Part shown: piece by piece, positions 46,865 to 57,682 of the stretch
Layout of the letters: every line of letters starts with the position of its first letter
Position numbering within the stretch: position 1 is the stretch's first letter
DNA from: Patescibacteria group bacterium
GTDB lineage: Bacteria; Patescibacteriota; JABMPQ01
DNA length: 64,000 bases
Direction: 5' to 3'
Assembly: GCA_041749335.1 (NCBI GenBank)
Contig: JBGTBM010000009.1
Coordinates: forward strand, 64,179-128,178
Translations under genes and position numbers: made by a program
Notes under the pieces: generated by a model
The model's input: the letters and a program-made list of their open reading frames with translations, nothing else
Databases searched by the model: none
What the model was told of the DNA's origin: nothing

Positions 46865-47477
46865 CTTTTACTTCTTTTTCTTTAAATTTAAAAGTGTTTT
46901 TTTCTTGAATCATTTTCTGTTCTTTTTCATTTAAGCTGCTTTTAGCTTTTGTAATAAAATTGATCAATTCACTCGCGCTCATTTTCTCTTGATTCTCAGA
47001 CTTTTCTTTTATTTTCAAAATCAATTCCTGTAAATTTTTTGGATTCTCGACCGATTCTATTTTTATTAAATTTTTAATTCCGATCGCTTGGATTTTTACT
47101 GTACCATAATTAAAAAGCATTGCAAAGATGCCAGTTAGCTCATAATTGACGCCTTGAACATTTTTATAAGTCACTTCCGATACTTCTCTGGTAAAAATAC
47201 CCTTTTGATCTATATTTAAAATTCGGTAATTTGTTAATACAAATAAATCAAAATACCATTTCATCCAAATATCTACCGCATAAACCAATGCTATAACAAA
47301 AAGAAGGATAAATATCAACAAGCCCCACTTAAATGAAAATAAAAATGCGCTAAAAAAAAATGACACAGAAAAACCCAGCAATATCCTAAAGGAAGGGACG
47401 ATAAAACTTGCCCAATGTTTATGAATAATTCTAATAATATTTTCGCCTTCTTTTAGTTCTTGTGTAAAAAGTTTCAT
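46857..47477 (-). CDS. Membrane protein with bacterial PH domain
   Basis: Two TMs, then LTNYRIL.IDQKGIF.REV.E, IF.MLFNYGTVKIQ. Confidence 0.8.
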   Translation of the reverse strand: MKLFTQELKEGENIIRIIHKHWASFIVPSFRILLGFSVSFFFSAFLFSFKWGLLIFILLFVIALVYAVDIWMKWYFDLFVLTNYRILNIDQKGIFTREVSEVTYKNVQGVNYELTGIFAMLFNYGTVKIQAIGIKNLIKIESVENPKNLQELILKIKEKSENQEKMSASELINFITKAKSSLNEKEQKMIQEKNTFKFKEKEVKDE

Positions 47478-47537
47478 TTAATACCAATTGACTCTTTAAA
47501 TATATTATGATAATTTTGTTAAAGATAAAATAATTTT

Positions 47538-47636
47538 ATGAAACCAAAAACTACAAAAAAGATAATCTGGTTCGGACTTGTGAGTATTACCATAGTATGT
47601 ATGCTTGTATGGCTAATCTTTCCCTTTTTCGCTTAA
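47538..47636 (+). CDS. Putative 32-aa single-pass membrane peptide
   Basis: MKPKTTKKIIWFGLVSITIVCMLVWLIFPFFA*; fills an intergenic gap, basic N-terminus plus TM. Confidence 0.5.
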   Translation: MKPKTTKKIIWFGLVSITIVCMLVWLIFPFFA

Positions 47637-47680
47637 TTGATTATAAAATAACACAAATAGCAGAAATTTAATATATTCTG

Positions 47681-49486
47681 TTATTTTTTTAGCATTTTCA
47701 AAAACGCCTCTTGAGGAATTTCAACATTGCCGACCTCTCTCATCTTTTTTTTGCCCTTCTTTTGTTTTTCTAATAATTTTCTTTTGCGAGTAACATCTCC
47801 GCCATATAGCTTTTCCGTTACATCCTTGCGAAATGCAGAAACATCTTCTCGCGCTAATATTTTTCCACCAATGGCTGCTTGTAAAGTAATTTTAAAATTT
47901 TGTCTCGGAATTATATCCTTCAGTCTTTTTACCATGGCTCTGCCTTCTTTAAATGCGACATCGGCTGGCACGATTCTAGAAAATGCTTCCACAATGTCCC
48001 CCGCCACCAATATATCCAGGCGCAATAAATCAGATACCTGAAATCCGATTATTTCATAATTCATTGAAGCGTATCCTGAAGTAATGCTTTTTAAATTATC
48101 ATAGAAATCAATTATTAATGATGCCAGAGGAGCTTCGTAATGTAGTATCACGCGAGAATTTTCAACTCCGGAAGAAATATATTCAGTATTTTTATAAACC
48201 CCACGATACTTCTGCATCAAATCCATTACTCCCCCAATATAATCAGCTGGCATAATAACATCTACTTTGGCCCAAGGTTCGCTCATTTGCTGGATTAAAC
48301 TTCTATCAGGCAATTCACTAGGCGTATAAATAGTGATTTGCTCATTATCTTTCAATAAAACTTTATATGATACCGATGGAGTGGTAATAATTAAATCTAA
48401 ATTATATTCCCTCTTTAACCTTTCTTGAACAATTTCAAGATGTAAAAGCCCTAAAAATCCCAATCTAAAACCTCTTCCCAGGGCTTTTGAGCTTTCAGGT
48501 TCATAAAATAAAGAGGCGTCATTTAATTTTAATTTATCCAGTCCGTCTTTTAATTCCATATATTCAGAAGCATCAACCGGATAAAAACTGGCATAAACCG
48601 AAGGCTTAATTTCCTTATAGCCCGGCAATGCATCTACTACATTCATACCGGCAATAGTATCCCCAACGCGGCATTGAGATACATCTTTATTGCCAGTCAC
48701 TATATAACCTACTTCTCCATTAAAAAGTTCGAGCCTGGATTCCATTTTAGGCCTATAAACTCCTAATTCCAATACTTCAATATTGTTACCGGAAGAAACA
48801 AATTTAACTTTATCGCCTACCTTAACTTGTCCGGAATAAATCCTAACATCCGCAACTACCCCCTTATATTCATCATAAAATGAATCAAATATTAATGATT
48901 TAAAATCATCCTGATTTACTTTCGGGCTTGGAACTTTTTTAATTATAGTAGTAAGAACATCTTTTATACCAATGCCTTTTTTTGCGCTTACTTTTAAAAT
49001 ATCATCCTCGCTACAACCCAGGGTATCAATAATTTCTCGAGTTACTTTTTTTAAATTGGCATTGGGCAAATCGATTTTATTTATTATCGGAATTATTTCT
49101 AATTCATGTTCTAGAGCCATATATAAATTTGCCAAGGTTTGCGCTTGAATCCCCTGGCTGGCATCGACCAACAATAACGCTCCTTCGCATGCAGCTAAAC
49201 TGCGAGAAACTTCATAAGTAAAATCCACATGTCCGGGAGTATCAATTAAATTTATAATATATTCTTCGTTATCATGCCGATAGCTCATAGTGACAGGCTG
49301 AAGTTTAATCGTGATACCGCGTTCTCTTTCCAGATCCATCTGATCAAGCAATTGTTCCTTCATTTCTCTTTTTTCAACCGTTCCGGTAAATTCTAAAAGT
49401 CGATCCGCTAATGTGGATTTGCCATGATCGATATGTGCAATAATGCAGAAATTTCTAATGTGTTCTAACTTTTCTCTATTAACCAT
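47681..49486 (-). CDS. lepA: Elongation factor 4
   Basis: IRNFCIIAHIDHGKSTLADR, ERERGITIK, DTPGHVDF, GFLGLLHLEI, KLYGGDVTRKRKLLEKQK. Confidence 0.99.
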   Translation of the reverse strand: MVNREKLEHIRNFCIIAHIDHGKSTLADRLLEFTGTVEKREMKEQLLDQMDLERERGITIKLQPVTMSYRHDNEEYIINLIDTPGHVDFTYEVSRSLAACEGALLLVDASQGIQAQTLANLYMALEHELEIIPIINKIDLPNANLKKVTREIIDTLGCSEDDILKVSAKKGIGIKDVLTTIIKKVPSPKVNQDDFKSLIFDSFYDEYKGVVADVRIYSGQVKVGDKVKFVSSGNNIEVLELGVYRPKMESRLELFNGEVGYIVTGNKDVSQCRVGDTIAGMNVVDALPGYKEIKPSVYASFYPVDASEYMELKDGLDKLKLNDASLFYEPESSKALGRGFRLGFLGLLHLEIVQERLKREYNLDLIITTPSVSYKVLLKDNEQITIYTPSELPDRSLIQQMSEPWAKVDVIMPADYIGGVMDLMQKYRGVYKNTEYISSGVENSRVILHYEAPLASLIIDFYDNLKSITSGYASMNYEIIGFQVSDLLRLDILVAGDIVEAFSRIVPADVAFKEGRAMVKRLKDIIPRQNFKITLQAAIGGKILAREDVSAFRKDVTEKLYGGDVTRKRKLLEKQKKGKKKMREVGNVEIPQEAFLKMLKK

Positions 49487-49558
49487 ATTGAGCAGATTAT
49501 ACCAATAAAAATTATTATTTCAATAAAAAAAATTTTGGGAATATTTTTTTATCAGATT

Positions 49559-51124
49559 TTATTTTTTTGCTATTAATACATTTTTTATTTCACGAATATC
49601 ACTCATTCTAAAAAGATGTGCCATTAATAAATATATAAATATTCCCCCAAAAGCCGCAGCGCTGGCTTGAATAAAAATTCCCAGAAAAGTTTTCATATCA
49701 ACAATAGGAGCAACTATATTTAAGATCAGATAAATTATACTTCCCATAACAAGCGACATTATAACTATTTTTAAACTACACATAAAAATATATGAGTCAT
49801 TTAAATCTCCAACCTTTATTCTTAAGAATACTAATAGGAGCAATATATTTATAAAAGAGCTGATTGAAAAAGCCAAGGACAAACCAAGAATATCCATTTT
49901 GGCAAGCAAAAATAAACTTATAATAATATTGGCTATAACCGAAATTATACTAATTATTACTGGCGTTTTAGTGTCTTGGATGGAATAAAACGCGCGTGCC
50001 AAAAGAGGAATTAGGGCTTGAGCAAAAACCCCAATCGAAAAGTATCCCAATGACTGAGCGGTCAAATAAGTATCCTCCCAATCAAAGTTGCCAGTTCCAA
50101 AAACCAATCTGACAATTTGAGCTCTTTCAAATAATAATATTATTGATATGGGAATAACAAAAAATAATATTTTACAAAAAGTCTTCGAAAAATGTTCTTT
50201 AAACTTACTAATATTATTTTTTGAAAAAGCATCGGCCAAAAATGGAAAACTGGAAACTGCAAAGGCGATGCCAAAGATCCCCACGGGTAAACTTTGTAAA
50301 TTATTAGATAAATTAAATATTGATATGCCTCCTTCGCTAGCCATTGATGCCAATATTGTTATTACCCACAAATTAAGCTGAGTAACAGCCAATCCAATCG
50401 TTCTGGGTATCATTAATTTTACTATCTTTTTTACGCCTTGTTGATAAATACCAATGCGCAAAGAATATTTAAAGCCCGTTGATATTATTGCCGGTATTTG
50501 AATCAACATATGTAGTATTGATCCCAGCACGACCCCCATCGCTAAACCAAAGATACCAAAATTTTTCGTAAAAAATAAAGCTCCGAAAATAATTCCTATA
50601 TTGTAAAATATCGGAGCCAAAGAATATGCCAAAAATCTTTTATATGAATTTAAAATTCCTGAAAAAACATTACTTATTCCAAAGAATATGGGCGAAATCA
50701 ACATTATCCGGGTTAAAACTGAAGTTAATTCTCTTTGCTCTTGATTAAACCCGGGAGCTATCAGAAATATTAATCTTGCAATAAACAAAAAAAGTAATCC
50801 GCTGATAGCAACTAAAAGGATTACCGAAATATTTAGAATTGTGCTGGCTATCTGATTAGCTTCTTTTTTATCTTTATTGAGATATTCTATAAAAATTGGA
50901 ACAAACGCTGAAGACAAAGCGCCCAATACCAATAAATTAAATATTAAATCGGGCAGCCGGAAAGCCGCATAGTATGAATCTAGCATAGATGATGCGCCAA
51001 ATTGATCGGCAAATATTCGATCTCTAATCAATCCTAAAAATCTACTCAACAAAGAGGCTACTCCAATAATTACCGCTCCTGAAATAATTGTTGCGCGTTT
51101 TTTGTTTTTAAAAGTTCTAAACAT
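49559..51124 (-). CDS. murJ: Lipid II flippase MurJ/MviN
   Basis: SRFLGLIRDR, AFRLPDLIF, SAFVP, LARAFYS.QDTKTP; ~14 TMs. Confidence 0.93.
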   Translation of the reverse strand: MFRTFKNKKRATIISGAVIIGVASLLSRFLGLIRDRIFADQFGASSMLDSYYAAFRLPDLIFNLLVLGALSSAFVPIFIEYLNKDKKEANQIASTILNISVILLVAISGLLFLFIARLIFLIAPGFNQEQRELTSVLTRIMLISPIFFGISNVFSGILNSYKRFLAYSLAPIFYNIGIIFGALFFTKNFGIFGLAMGVVLGSILHMLIQIPAIISTGFKYSLRIGIYQQGVKKIVKLMIPRTIGLAVTQLNLWVITILASMASEGGISIFNLSNNLQSLPVGIFGIAFAVSSFPFLADAFSKNNISKFKEHFSKTFCKILFFVIPISIILLFERAQIVRLVFGTGNFDWEDTYLTAQSLGYFSIGVFAQALIPLLARAFYSIQDTKTPVIISIISVIANIIISLFLLAKMDILGLSLAFSISSFINILLLLVFLRIKVGDLNDSYIFMCSLKIVIMSLVMGSIIYLILNIVAPIVDMKTFLGIFIQASAAAFGGIFIYLLMAHLFRMSDIREIKNVLIAKK

Positions 51125-51130
51125 CAAATA

Positions 51131-53497
51131 TTAAAGATTAAAATTTTTATTCGCAAAAATTAGCCCCAAAACCTCATCCTTGTCCATATTGGAGCTGTAT
51201 TCCAGATTATTCGATTCAAAGCCGGTTGAATTATAAGTCCAAATGGTTTTCCATGCTTCAGGAATATTTAATTTTCCATAAAATTTTCTGTTTTCAGAGC
51301 CGGGTTGTCTTTGCAGAACCAAACTATAATTTTTTATCGGATTATTCTCGTCTAAATTAATTTTAAAAGGTAATTTATATTTGATTCTTGCCACTTTTTC
51401 ACTACCGACTTCTACCCCCATCCAATTTCCAAAAACTGTTTTTCCGTTTTCTTTGAAAATTCTCGTTTTAGAGTTTTCCAAAACATCCATATTTTCTTCT
51501 ATCTCTTTTATATCCTTATCAACGGTATAACCTTCTTCAGGGCTCATAAGAGCATCAAAAAACCAATCGTCGAACCCCTCTGCCTCAAGTAAAGTGCTAC
51601 CGAGAGGAACATAAAAACGAAGGAATGAAACATTTTTAACATCCTCAAATAATTTATTCACATCTCCCATATGTTTGCGTGAAATGGTTAAAGTATTAAT
51701 TACTGATCCATCTGACTTAATTTCAGTATTTAAATACGTATTTTGGTTTATAACATGATCTGTTTTCCCTCCGCCAATATTAGTGGATATTATATTGAGA
51801 TAATCTTTTTTGGTTTCAACAATTTCCCCGCCCCAACCAAATTCTTTAACAAACTTTTCTAAGCTAGGATCTTGAAAATATATCATAATATCTTTTTTCT
51901 CAAATGCTGTAATAAATAAATTTAATATTTCCGGCCATTTGTCCTTATCTATTTGTGAAAATTTATCAATTAATTTTGGAAACATATCCGCGATGAATTT
52001 TTTGGGCTCATTTAGCTCTTTATCGTATTCAAATTCTACATGCCTCTGTGTCTCTTCATAAAAATTTTCATAATTAATAATCTTTCCGTACTCGGGCATA
52101 TCAATCGGACCCACCAGCTTTAATAAATCATTAAATAAATTTGAAGTCACGGCAATTACCCCATCCGTTGTCGCTTGGCCTGATTTTTCATATAGCGATG
52201 ATATTTTTTTTGCGGATGTGGGGAAATCCGCGAACCAATTTGCATCTCTCATGTACAATCTGCTGACAATCAATCTCATCGGTTCGGGAGCAGCAATATT
52301 GTCAAAAAGCTGGCCATCTACATTGTAAGGTCCTTCAATCTTAATATTTTCAATTTTACCTTCATTTATGTCGAACTGCCCGTAAGTGCCAATAAATCCG
52401 CCGGTTGCTCTTAATTCGCGATTATTTTGGAATATGAACAAATATTTTTTTAAATTATCGTGCCCCAATAATTTCAATATCAAATCTGAAAATGATAAAT
52501 ATTTTTCAATCACATATCGAATTTGCGGTACTTGTTTTTTTATAGTAATTACTTGTTGAGCAATATCATTGGGTAATGATTTTACATTAACTTTATTCAA
52601 ATTCTCTTCAGCTAATATAATTTTTTCTAATGATTTTTCCAGATTGGCGTTGGTTATCAGCAAAGCATCAGTAAACGCGATTTCTCCATCCTCATTGCTT
52701 ACGGATGATAATTTCTCCTGTTCAAGAGCCTCAAATATTTTTCCTGTTTGATTAAAAGGCATAAGAGCATAAGCAATATATTCCGAGGCAACAGCAATAT
52801 TGCTTCCCGCCTCCAGTAAATAATCGGCCGAGGATACCTTTTTCCCCACTGGAAACAAAGATAAAGTGTCAATCATGCTTTTTCCAATAAACTCTAATTC
52901 TTGCTGCGCTGCTTCAAATCTTTCTGATGCAACACCAAATTTATATGAAGCTAAATCATAATCCTTTTGCATAATTGATTGTTGGCCGGAATCCATATAC
53001 TTATAGGCGATTTCAGCGCCACTTATAATTTTATCCTTCTTATTTAACAAGTCTCCCTGAAAATATGCCAAGCCCCTTATGGTTGATACTGAAAATAATG
53101 CAATAATTAAAAAGAAAGCTAGTGACCTGCTGAAAATTACTCCACCATATTTAGCCCTTGAGCCAATTTTAAAATTATTCAATCTCTTTAAAATTAGCTT
53201 TTTACTAATTATTTTTTTTAAATAAGGTATTATTTTTGAATTTCTGTTTTTATTTCTTAAAAAATTAACATCAATATTGTAATTTATATTTTCTGAAAAT
53301 TTTGTATCTTTATTGGCAATTAAAAAAATCTTATCCTTTCTTTTGATAATTTCCTTTGCTTTAAAATTGGGTTTAGATTTTTTAGAATTACTTAAAGGCT
53401 TGGATAATTTCCCGAAATCGGCGCTCCTCAAATCCACTATCTTTTTTTTATTAGCAGTTGAATGGTTGATATCAAGATATCTTTTTGTTTTTTTCAT
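51131..53497 (-). CDS. DUF4012-like membrane-anchored protein
   Basis: Basic N-terminus, TM, then YLFIFQNNRELRATGGFIG, RDANWFADFPTSA, NIGGGKTD, FLRFYVPLGS, LQRQPG. Confidence 0.82.
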   Translation of the reverse strand: MKKTKRYLDINHSTANKKKIVDLRSADFGKLSKPLSNSKKSKPNFKAKEIIKRKDKIFLIANKDTKFSENINYNIDVNFLRNKNRNSKIIPYLKKIISKKLILKRLNNFKIGSRAKYGGVIFSRSLAFFLIIALFSVSTIRGLAYFQGDLLNKKDKIISGAEIAYKYMDSGQQSIMQKDYDLASYKFGVASERFEAAQQELEFIGKSMIDTLSLFPVGKKVSSADYLLEAGSNIAVASEYIAYALMPFNQTGKIFEALEQEKLSSVSNEDGEIAFTDALLITNANLEKSLEKIILAEENLNKVNVKSLPNDIAQQVITIKKQVPQIRYVIEKYLSFSDLILKLLGHDNLKKYLFIFQNNRELRATGGFIGTYGQFDINEGKIENIKIEGPYNVDGQLFDNIAAPEPMRLIVSRLYMRDANWFADFPTSAKKISSLYEKSGQATTDGVIAVTSNLFNDLLKLVGPIDMPEYGKIINYENFYEETQRHVEFEYDKELNEPKKFIADMFPKLIDKFSQIDKDKWPEILNLFITAFEKKDIMIYFQDPSLEKFVKEFGWGGEIVETKKDYLNIISTNIGGGKTDHVINQNTYLNTEIKSDGSVINTLTISRKHMGDVNKLFEDVKNVSFLRFYVPLGSTLLEAEGFDDWFFDALMSPEEGYTVDKDIKEIEENMDVLENSKTRIFKENGKTVFGNWMGVEVGSEKVARIKYKLPFKINLDENNPIKNYSLVLQRQPGSENRKFYGKLNIPEAWKTIWTYNSTGFESNNLEYSSNMDKDEVLGLIFANKNFNL

Positions 53498-53548
53498 GAT
53501 AATGACTATAGATTTATTATAGCTATAATCTATTTTAATGCAAAATTA

Positions 53549-54688
53549 TTATTTAATGCTCTTGTACACGGCTAGTGTTTCTTGCGCACACCTTTCCCAG
53601 CTATAACTTTTAATTTTTTCATACCCACTTTTTACTAAATCAGCTCGAAGCTCTTCACTATTCATCAATAAACTAATTTTATTTAGCATGTCTTGTTTGT
53701 CCTTGGGATTAAAATATTCAGATGCCTGGCCCAAAATTTCAGGCAGACAAGAACTGCTTGAAGACAGAACCGGCAACCCATAACTCATTGCTTCAAGAGG
53801 AGGCAAGCCAAAACCTTCAAATAATGACGGAAAAACATACAATCTAGCGCTTCGATATAAATCTGCCAATTGCTTCTCACTGGCAAAACCAAAAAATACA
53901 ACATCAGCGCTTTTTATCAAACCAATATTATCTGCATATTTTATTAATTTTTGATAAAAATAATCTCTTTTTCCCACTAAAACCAATTGAAATTCATGCT
54001 TAGTTTTCTCTGCATATTTCTTAAAAACATCCAATAATGCTTCAAGGTTTTTGTGGGGATAAGCATTTCCAACATACAAAATATAAGGCCTTGTTATTCC
54101 AAATTTCTTTAAAAAACTGCGGTCAGGTATCGTCAATTGCCCACTTTCTACTCCATCACAAGCTTCATAAGTAACAACCACTTTATCACTTTTTATTTTA
54201 AAATAATCCACTAGCTCCTGCTTTGTATAGTTTGAAACCGTTATTATTTTTTGTGCTTTTTTTACCGCATATTTTATTACTTGTTTATAACCCCAATATT
54301 TTATTTTGTATAAAATTGGATCTAGCGTAGTAGCTTTTTTGGTGGGATATTTAATCAAAATCAAATCATGAATTGTAACTACAAAATCTTTACGGAATAA
54401 AATAGGAATATTAAAGTGCGGAAAATGCATAAGATCAATTTGATATTTTTTAATAATTAAGGGCATAAATATCTGTTCTTTTAGCGTATACCAGCGATAA
54501 TCAGCCAATGCTTTTTTAAAATTACTATTGGCCGGCCGATAATCATTCCAATTTTCTTTCCTTAAAAATATTACATATTGATTAACTTTGTCGATTTCTT
54601 CTAAATTTTTTATTAATTTTTGAGTATATCTCCCCAAACCTTTTCCCAAAGGTCCGTAGAATCTAGCATCAATGCCAATTTTCAACAT
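53549..54688 (-). CDS. Glycosyltransferase family 4 (GT-B)
   Basis: IGIDAR, TIHDL, VGNAYPHKN, FPSLFEGFGLPPLEAM. Confidence 0.93.
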   Translation of the reverse strand: MLKIGIDARFYGPLGKGLGRYTQKLIKNLEEIDKVNQYVIFLRKENWNDYRPANSNFKKALADYRWYTLKEQIFMPLIIKKYQIDLMHFPHFNIPILFRKDFVVTIHDLILIKYPTKKATTLDPILYKIKYWGYKQVIKYAVKKAQKIITVSNYTKQELVDYFKIKSDKVVVTYEACDGVESGQLTIPDRSFLKKFGITRPYILYVGNAYPHKNLEALLDVFKKYAEKTKHEFQLVLVGKRDYFYQKLIKYADNIGLIKSADVVFFGFASEKQLADLYRSARLYVFPSLFEGFGLPPLEAMSYGLPVLSSSSSCLPEILGQASEYFNPKDKQDMLNKISLLMNSEELRADLVKSGYEKIKSYSWERCAQETLAVYKSIK

Positions 54689-54690
54689 AA

Positions 54691-55833
54691 TTAGCTATTA
54701 TTTATATAATTAAAAAATTCCAGCGTTTTTCTTGCGCTCTTTTCCCAATAAAACTTTTCGACCTGTTCATTGCCAGATTTTATTAAATTTTCCCTTAAAT
54801 CATTATTTTCACAAATATTTAAAATCATTTTAAACAATTCCATCGTATTATATGGATCAACATATAAAGCCGCCTTTCCACAAATTTCAGGCAGTGATGA
54901 TACGGTCGAAGTGATAATGGGCGTTCCAGCTGCCATAGCTTCCAGGGGCGGAAAACCAAAACCTTCGTAAAAACTGGGAAATAAAAATATATCAGCCATC
55001 TGATATAAATATTTTTTTAATTTTTCATCGACAAATCCATATAATATAATATCTTTTTTATATTTAGATGCTTTTATTTTGTTGATAATTTTTTTACTCA
55101 ACCAGCCCTTGCTTCCGGCTAGCACTAATTTATAATTATTAATCTTATATTTCTTAAATTTTTCAAAAGCAGATATTATGTTAATAATGTTTTTTCTGGG
55201 CTCAAGTACGCCTAAATATAAAAAATATTTACTCGGCAGCTTAAATTTCTCCATTATTTTATTCTGCTCCATTTTATTAAAATAGCCGGACTTATCAATA
55301 CCCGAATGAATTACCTCAATTTTATCAGGATTAATATTAAATATTTCCACCAAATCATTTTTTGTTGATTTTGAAACCGCAATAATCCCGTCCGCCCGCT
55401 GAGCCAATCTTTTGGCATTTATTAATCTATGCCAAACCCTTCTTTTCCATGAATAATATTTGGGATGAGTGATAAAAGATAAATCGTGAAAAGTTAATAC
55501 ATTCTTACAATCATTTGACAAGGAATTAAATAAAATATTGGGTTGAAAAAAAATATCCACACCCTCGATCATCTTATCAATTTTTGGATACTTGAAATAA
55601 TTTAAAGAAAAATTTAAAACCTTATTGGGATAATTAAAGTTATAAATTTTTACATTTTGCTTTTTATCAAAATTTAATTCAGCTAAATTATTCTCCCTAA
55701 AAGAGTTATAAAAAAGCTTGTATTCATTTTTATTATCAAGCTTAAATAGAGATTCTAATAGATTAGTAATATAGCCTTCGACTCCACTCTTTCTATCAAT
55801 ATTCAAGGGCCTTATATCAATACCGATTTTCAT
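54691..55833 (-). CDS. Glycosyltransferase family 4 (GT-B)
   Basis: IGIDIR, TFHDL, GVLEPRKN, FPSFYEGFGFPPLEAM. Confidence 0.93.
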   Translation of the reverse strand: MKIGIDIRPLNIDRKSGVEGYITNLLESLFKLDNKNEYKLFYNSFRENNLAELNFDKKQNVKIYNFNYPNKVLNFSLNYFKYPKIDKMIEGVDIFFQPNILFNSLSNDCKNVLTFHDLSFITHPKYYSWKRRVWHRLINAKRLAQRADGIIAVSKSTKNDLVEIFNINPDKIEVIHSGIDKSGYFNKMEQNKIMEKFKLPSKYFLYLGVLEPRKNIINIISAFEKFKKYKINNYKLVLAGSKGWLSKKIINKIKASKYKKDIILYGFVDEKLKKYLYQMADIFLFPSFYEGFGFPPLEAMAAGTPIITSTVSSLPEICGKAALYVDPYNTMELFKMILNICENNDLRENLIKSGNEQVEKFYWEKSARKTLEFFNYINNS

Positions 55834-55872
55834 TTTTATGTAAAAAGATAAAAAACTAAAATTTGGCTAATT

Positions 55873-56490
55873 TTATTGATTTGATTCTTTAAAATATTCA
55901 AAGATAAAACTCAAACCAATCCCAATTAGTAGTCCAGATACTAGACCGATAATAGTTATTAATACCGGATCATATTTTTTTTCCGATATTATGGGGCTAG
56001 AGGCAATAATTTCAAAAGAGTTTTTATTATCTCCTGTTATTTCCACTTCGGAAACTTTATCCTTAACCACTTCAACCAACGATCCGGATAATTTTTCCGC
56101 CCTGCCCTTATCCGTTTGATCAAAAGCTACTTTTACCGAATGTGAAGAAATCTGTTTTGCTTTTATTTGCTGCACTAATTTATCTATTTCTTCCGGCTGC
56201 GGAGTCAATTCTGCACGATCATATATTTCATAAATAACATTGGGAGTTTCTAACCAACCGACTATGGTATTTCCTAATAATTCACTGGCCTGAATAGCAT
56301 AATAATTATCATATTGATAGTTTTTATTATCTTGTCGATTTACTTTGTGCACCGATAAAACTAACGTAGAATTATAAGCTGTCGCTTGAGTTAATGAGAA
56401 CACCAATGCCACCGCTCCACAAAATATTATACAAATATAAATATATATTTTATTTTTTTTAATCACATCAATATAATTTTTTAGTTTCAT
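55873..56490 (-). CDS. Polysaccharide co-polymerase (Wzz/CpsC-like)
   Basis: MKLKNYIDVIKKN, N- and C-terminal TMs, GLLIGIGLSFIFEY; context. Confidence 0.75.
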   Translation of the reverse strand: MKLKNYIDVIKKNKIYIYICIIFCGAVALVFSLTQATAYNSTLVLSVHKVNRQDNKNYQYDNYYAIQASELLGNTIVGWLETPNVIYEIYDRAELTPQPEEIDKLVQQIKAKQISSHSVKVAFDQTDKGRAEKLSGSLVEVVKDKVSEVEITGDNKNSFEIIASSPIISEKKYDPVLITIIGLVSGLLIGIGLSFIFEYFKESNQ

Positions 56491-56499
56491 TTTAGTTTA

Positions 56500-57612
56500 T
56501 TATTTGCTTTTTAAAATATGATTTTCATATGTATTTTCGACATAATCTTTGATTTTTTGTTTAAAAATATCAGTATCAAAAGATAAGGCATATTCTCTGA
56601 TTTTCATTGGATCATATTTGTCTGCCTTAAATTCCCTAATTGTATCAACTAAGCTCCATGGCGTCTGATCTTCAAAAAATTCACCCGTTATTTTTTCTTT
56701 AACAGTTTCCAATGCACCCCCTTTTTTATAAGCAATTACGGGCCGACCGGCTGCCATGGCCTCTACAGCCGCTATTCCAAAATCTTCTTCCTGGGGATGA
56801 ATCAACGCCCGGCATTTTGCCAAAAGCTCATTGCGCTCTTGATCGCTTACATATCCCAAAAATTCCACATTTTTATTAGCTAATTTCCTCAATTTTTTAT
56901 ACTCCTCGCCAGTACCAATCACCTTAAGCGGTAGTTCCAGAGCGTTAAAAGCTTCTATTGCCAAATCCACTCTCTTATAGGGTCTCAATCGACTAACTAT
57001 AATATAATAATCTTCAAGTTTATTTTCAGAAGCAATTTTAAATTTTTTGGTCTCGACCGGCGGATAGATAACGGTGCTTTGGCGATTATAATATTTTTTA
57101 ATTCTTTCTTTTACATTATTAGAGTTAGCAATAAAATTATCAACTCTTTCCGAAGCTAATTTATCCCATACTCTTATTTTGTTCAATATTAAAGGAAGTC
57201 CCTTTTTTATTACGCTGGGCTGTTTTAATTCTTCCGTATAGGCATGAGTATCGCTCCATAAATATCGGGTCGGAGAATGACAATAACAAATATGCAAAGT
57301 ATCCGGCTTGGTTATTACTCCCTTGGAATATGCAGAACAATCAGAAAGAACTACGTCATATTTTGATAAATCAAATTGTTCAATAGCTGCTGGCATCCAT
57401 GCCAAATACCATTTGTATCTTTTTGGACCACCTGGCAATCTTTGGATAAAAGATGTAGTAATGTCCATATCTTTAAAAGCATTACCCGTTTCCGTCTTAT
57501 CATGAGTAATAGTAAAAACAGGCGCCTTGGGATATAATTCATGAAATATCTCCAGCACCTTCTCTGCACCTCCTACTTGATTTAAGAAATCGTGAATTAG
57601 GGCTACTTTCAT
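56500..57612 (-). CDS. Glycosyltransferase family 4 (WbaZ-like)
   Basis: VALIHDFL..GGAEKVL, YCHSPTRYLW, EEDFGIAAVEAMAAG. Confidence 0.93.
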   Translation of the reverse strand: MKVALIHDFLNQVGGAEKVLEIFHELYPKAPVFTITHDKTETGNAFKDMDITTSFIQRLPGGPKRYKWYLAWMPAAIEQFDLSKYDVVLSDCSAYSKGVITKPDTLHICYCHSPTRYLWSDTHAYTEELKQPSVIKKGLPLILNKIRVWDKLASERVDNFIANSNNVKERIKKYYNRQSTVIYPPVETKKFKIASENKLEDYYIIVSRLRPYKRVDLAIEAFNALELPLKVIGTGEEYKKLRKLANKNVEFLGYVSDQERNELLAKCRALIHPQEEDFGIAAVEAMAAGRPVIAYKKGGALETVKEKITGEFFEDQTPWSLVDTIREFKADKYDPMKIREYALSFDTDIFKQKIKDYVENTYENHILKSK

Positions 57613-57682
57613 TTTTTAAAAATAATATTAAGTAAGTATATTAAATATTTTATTTAATAACAATACCACAAAAAAATTAACA

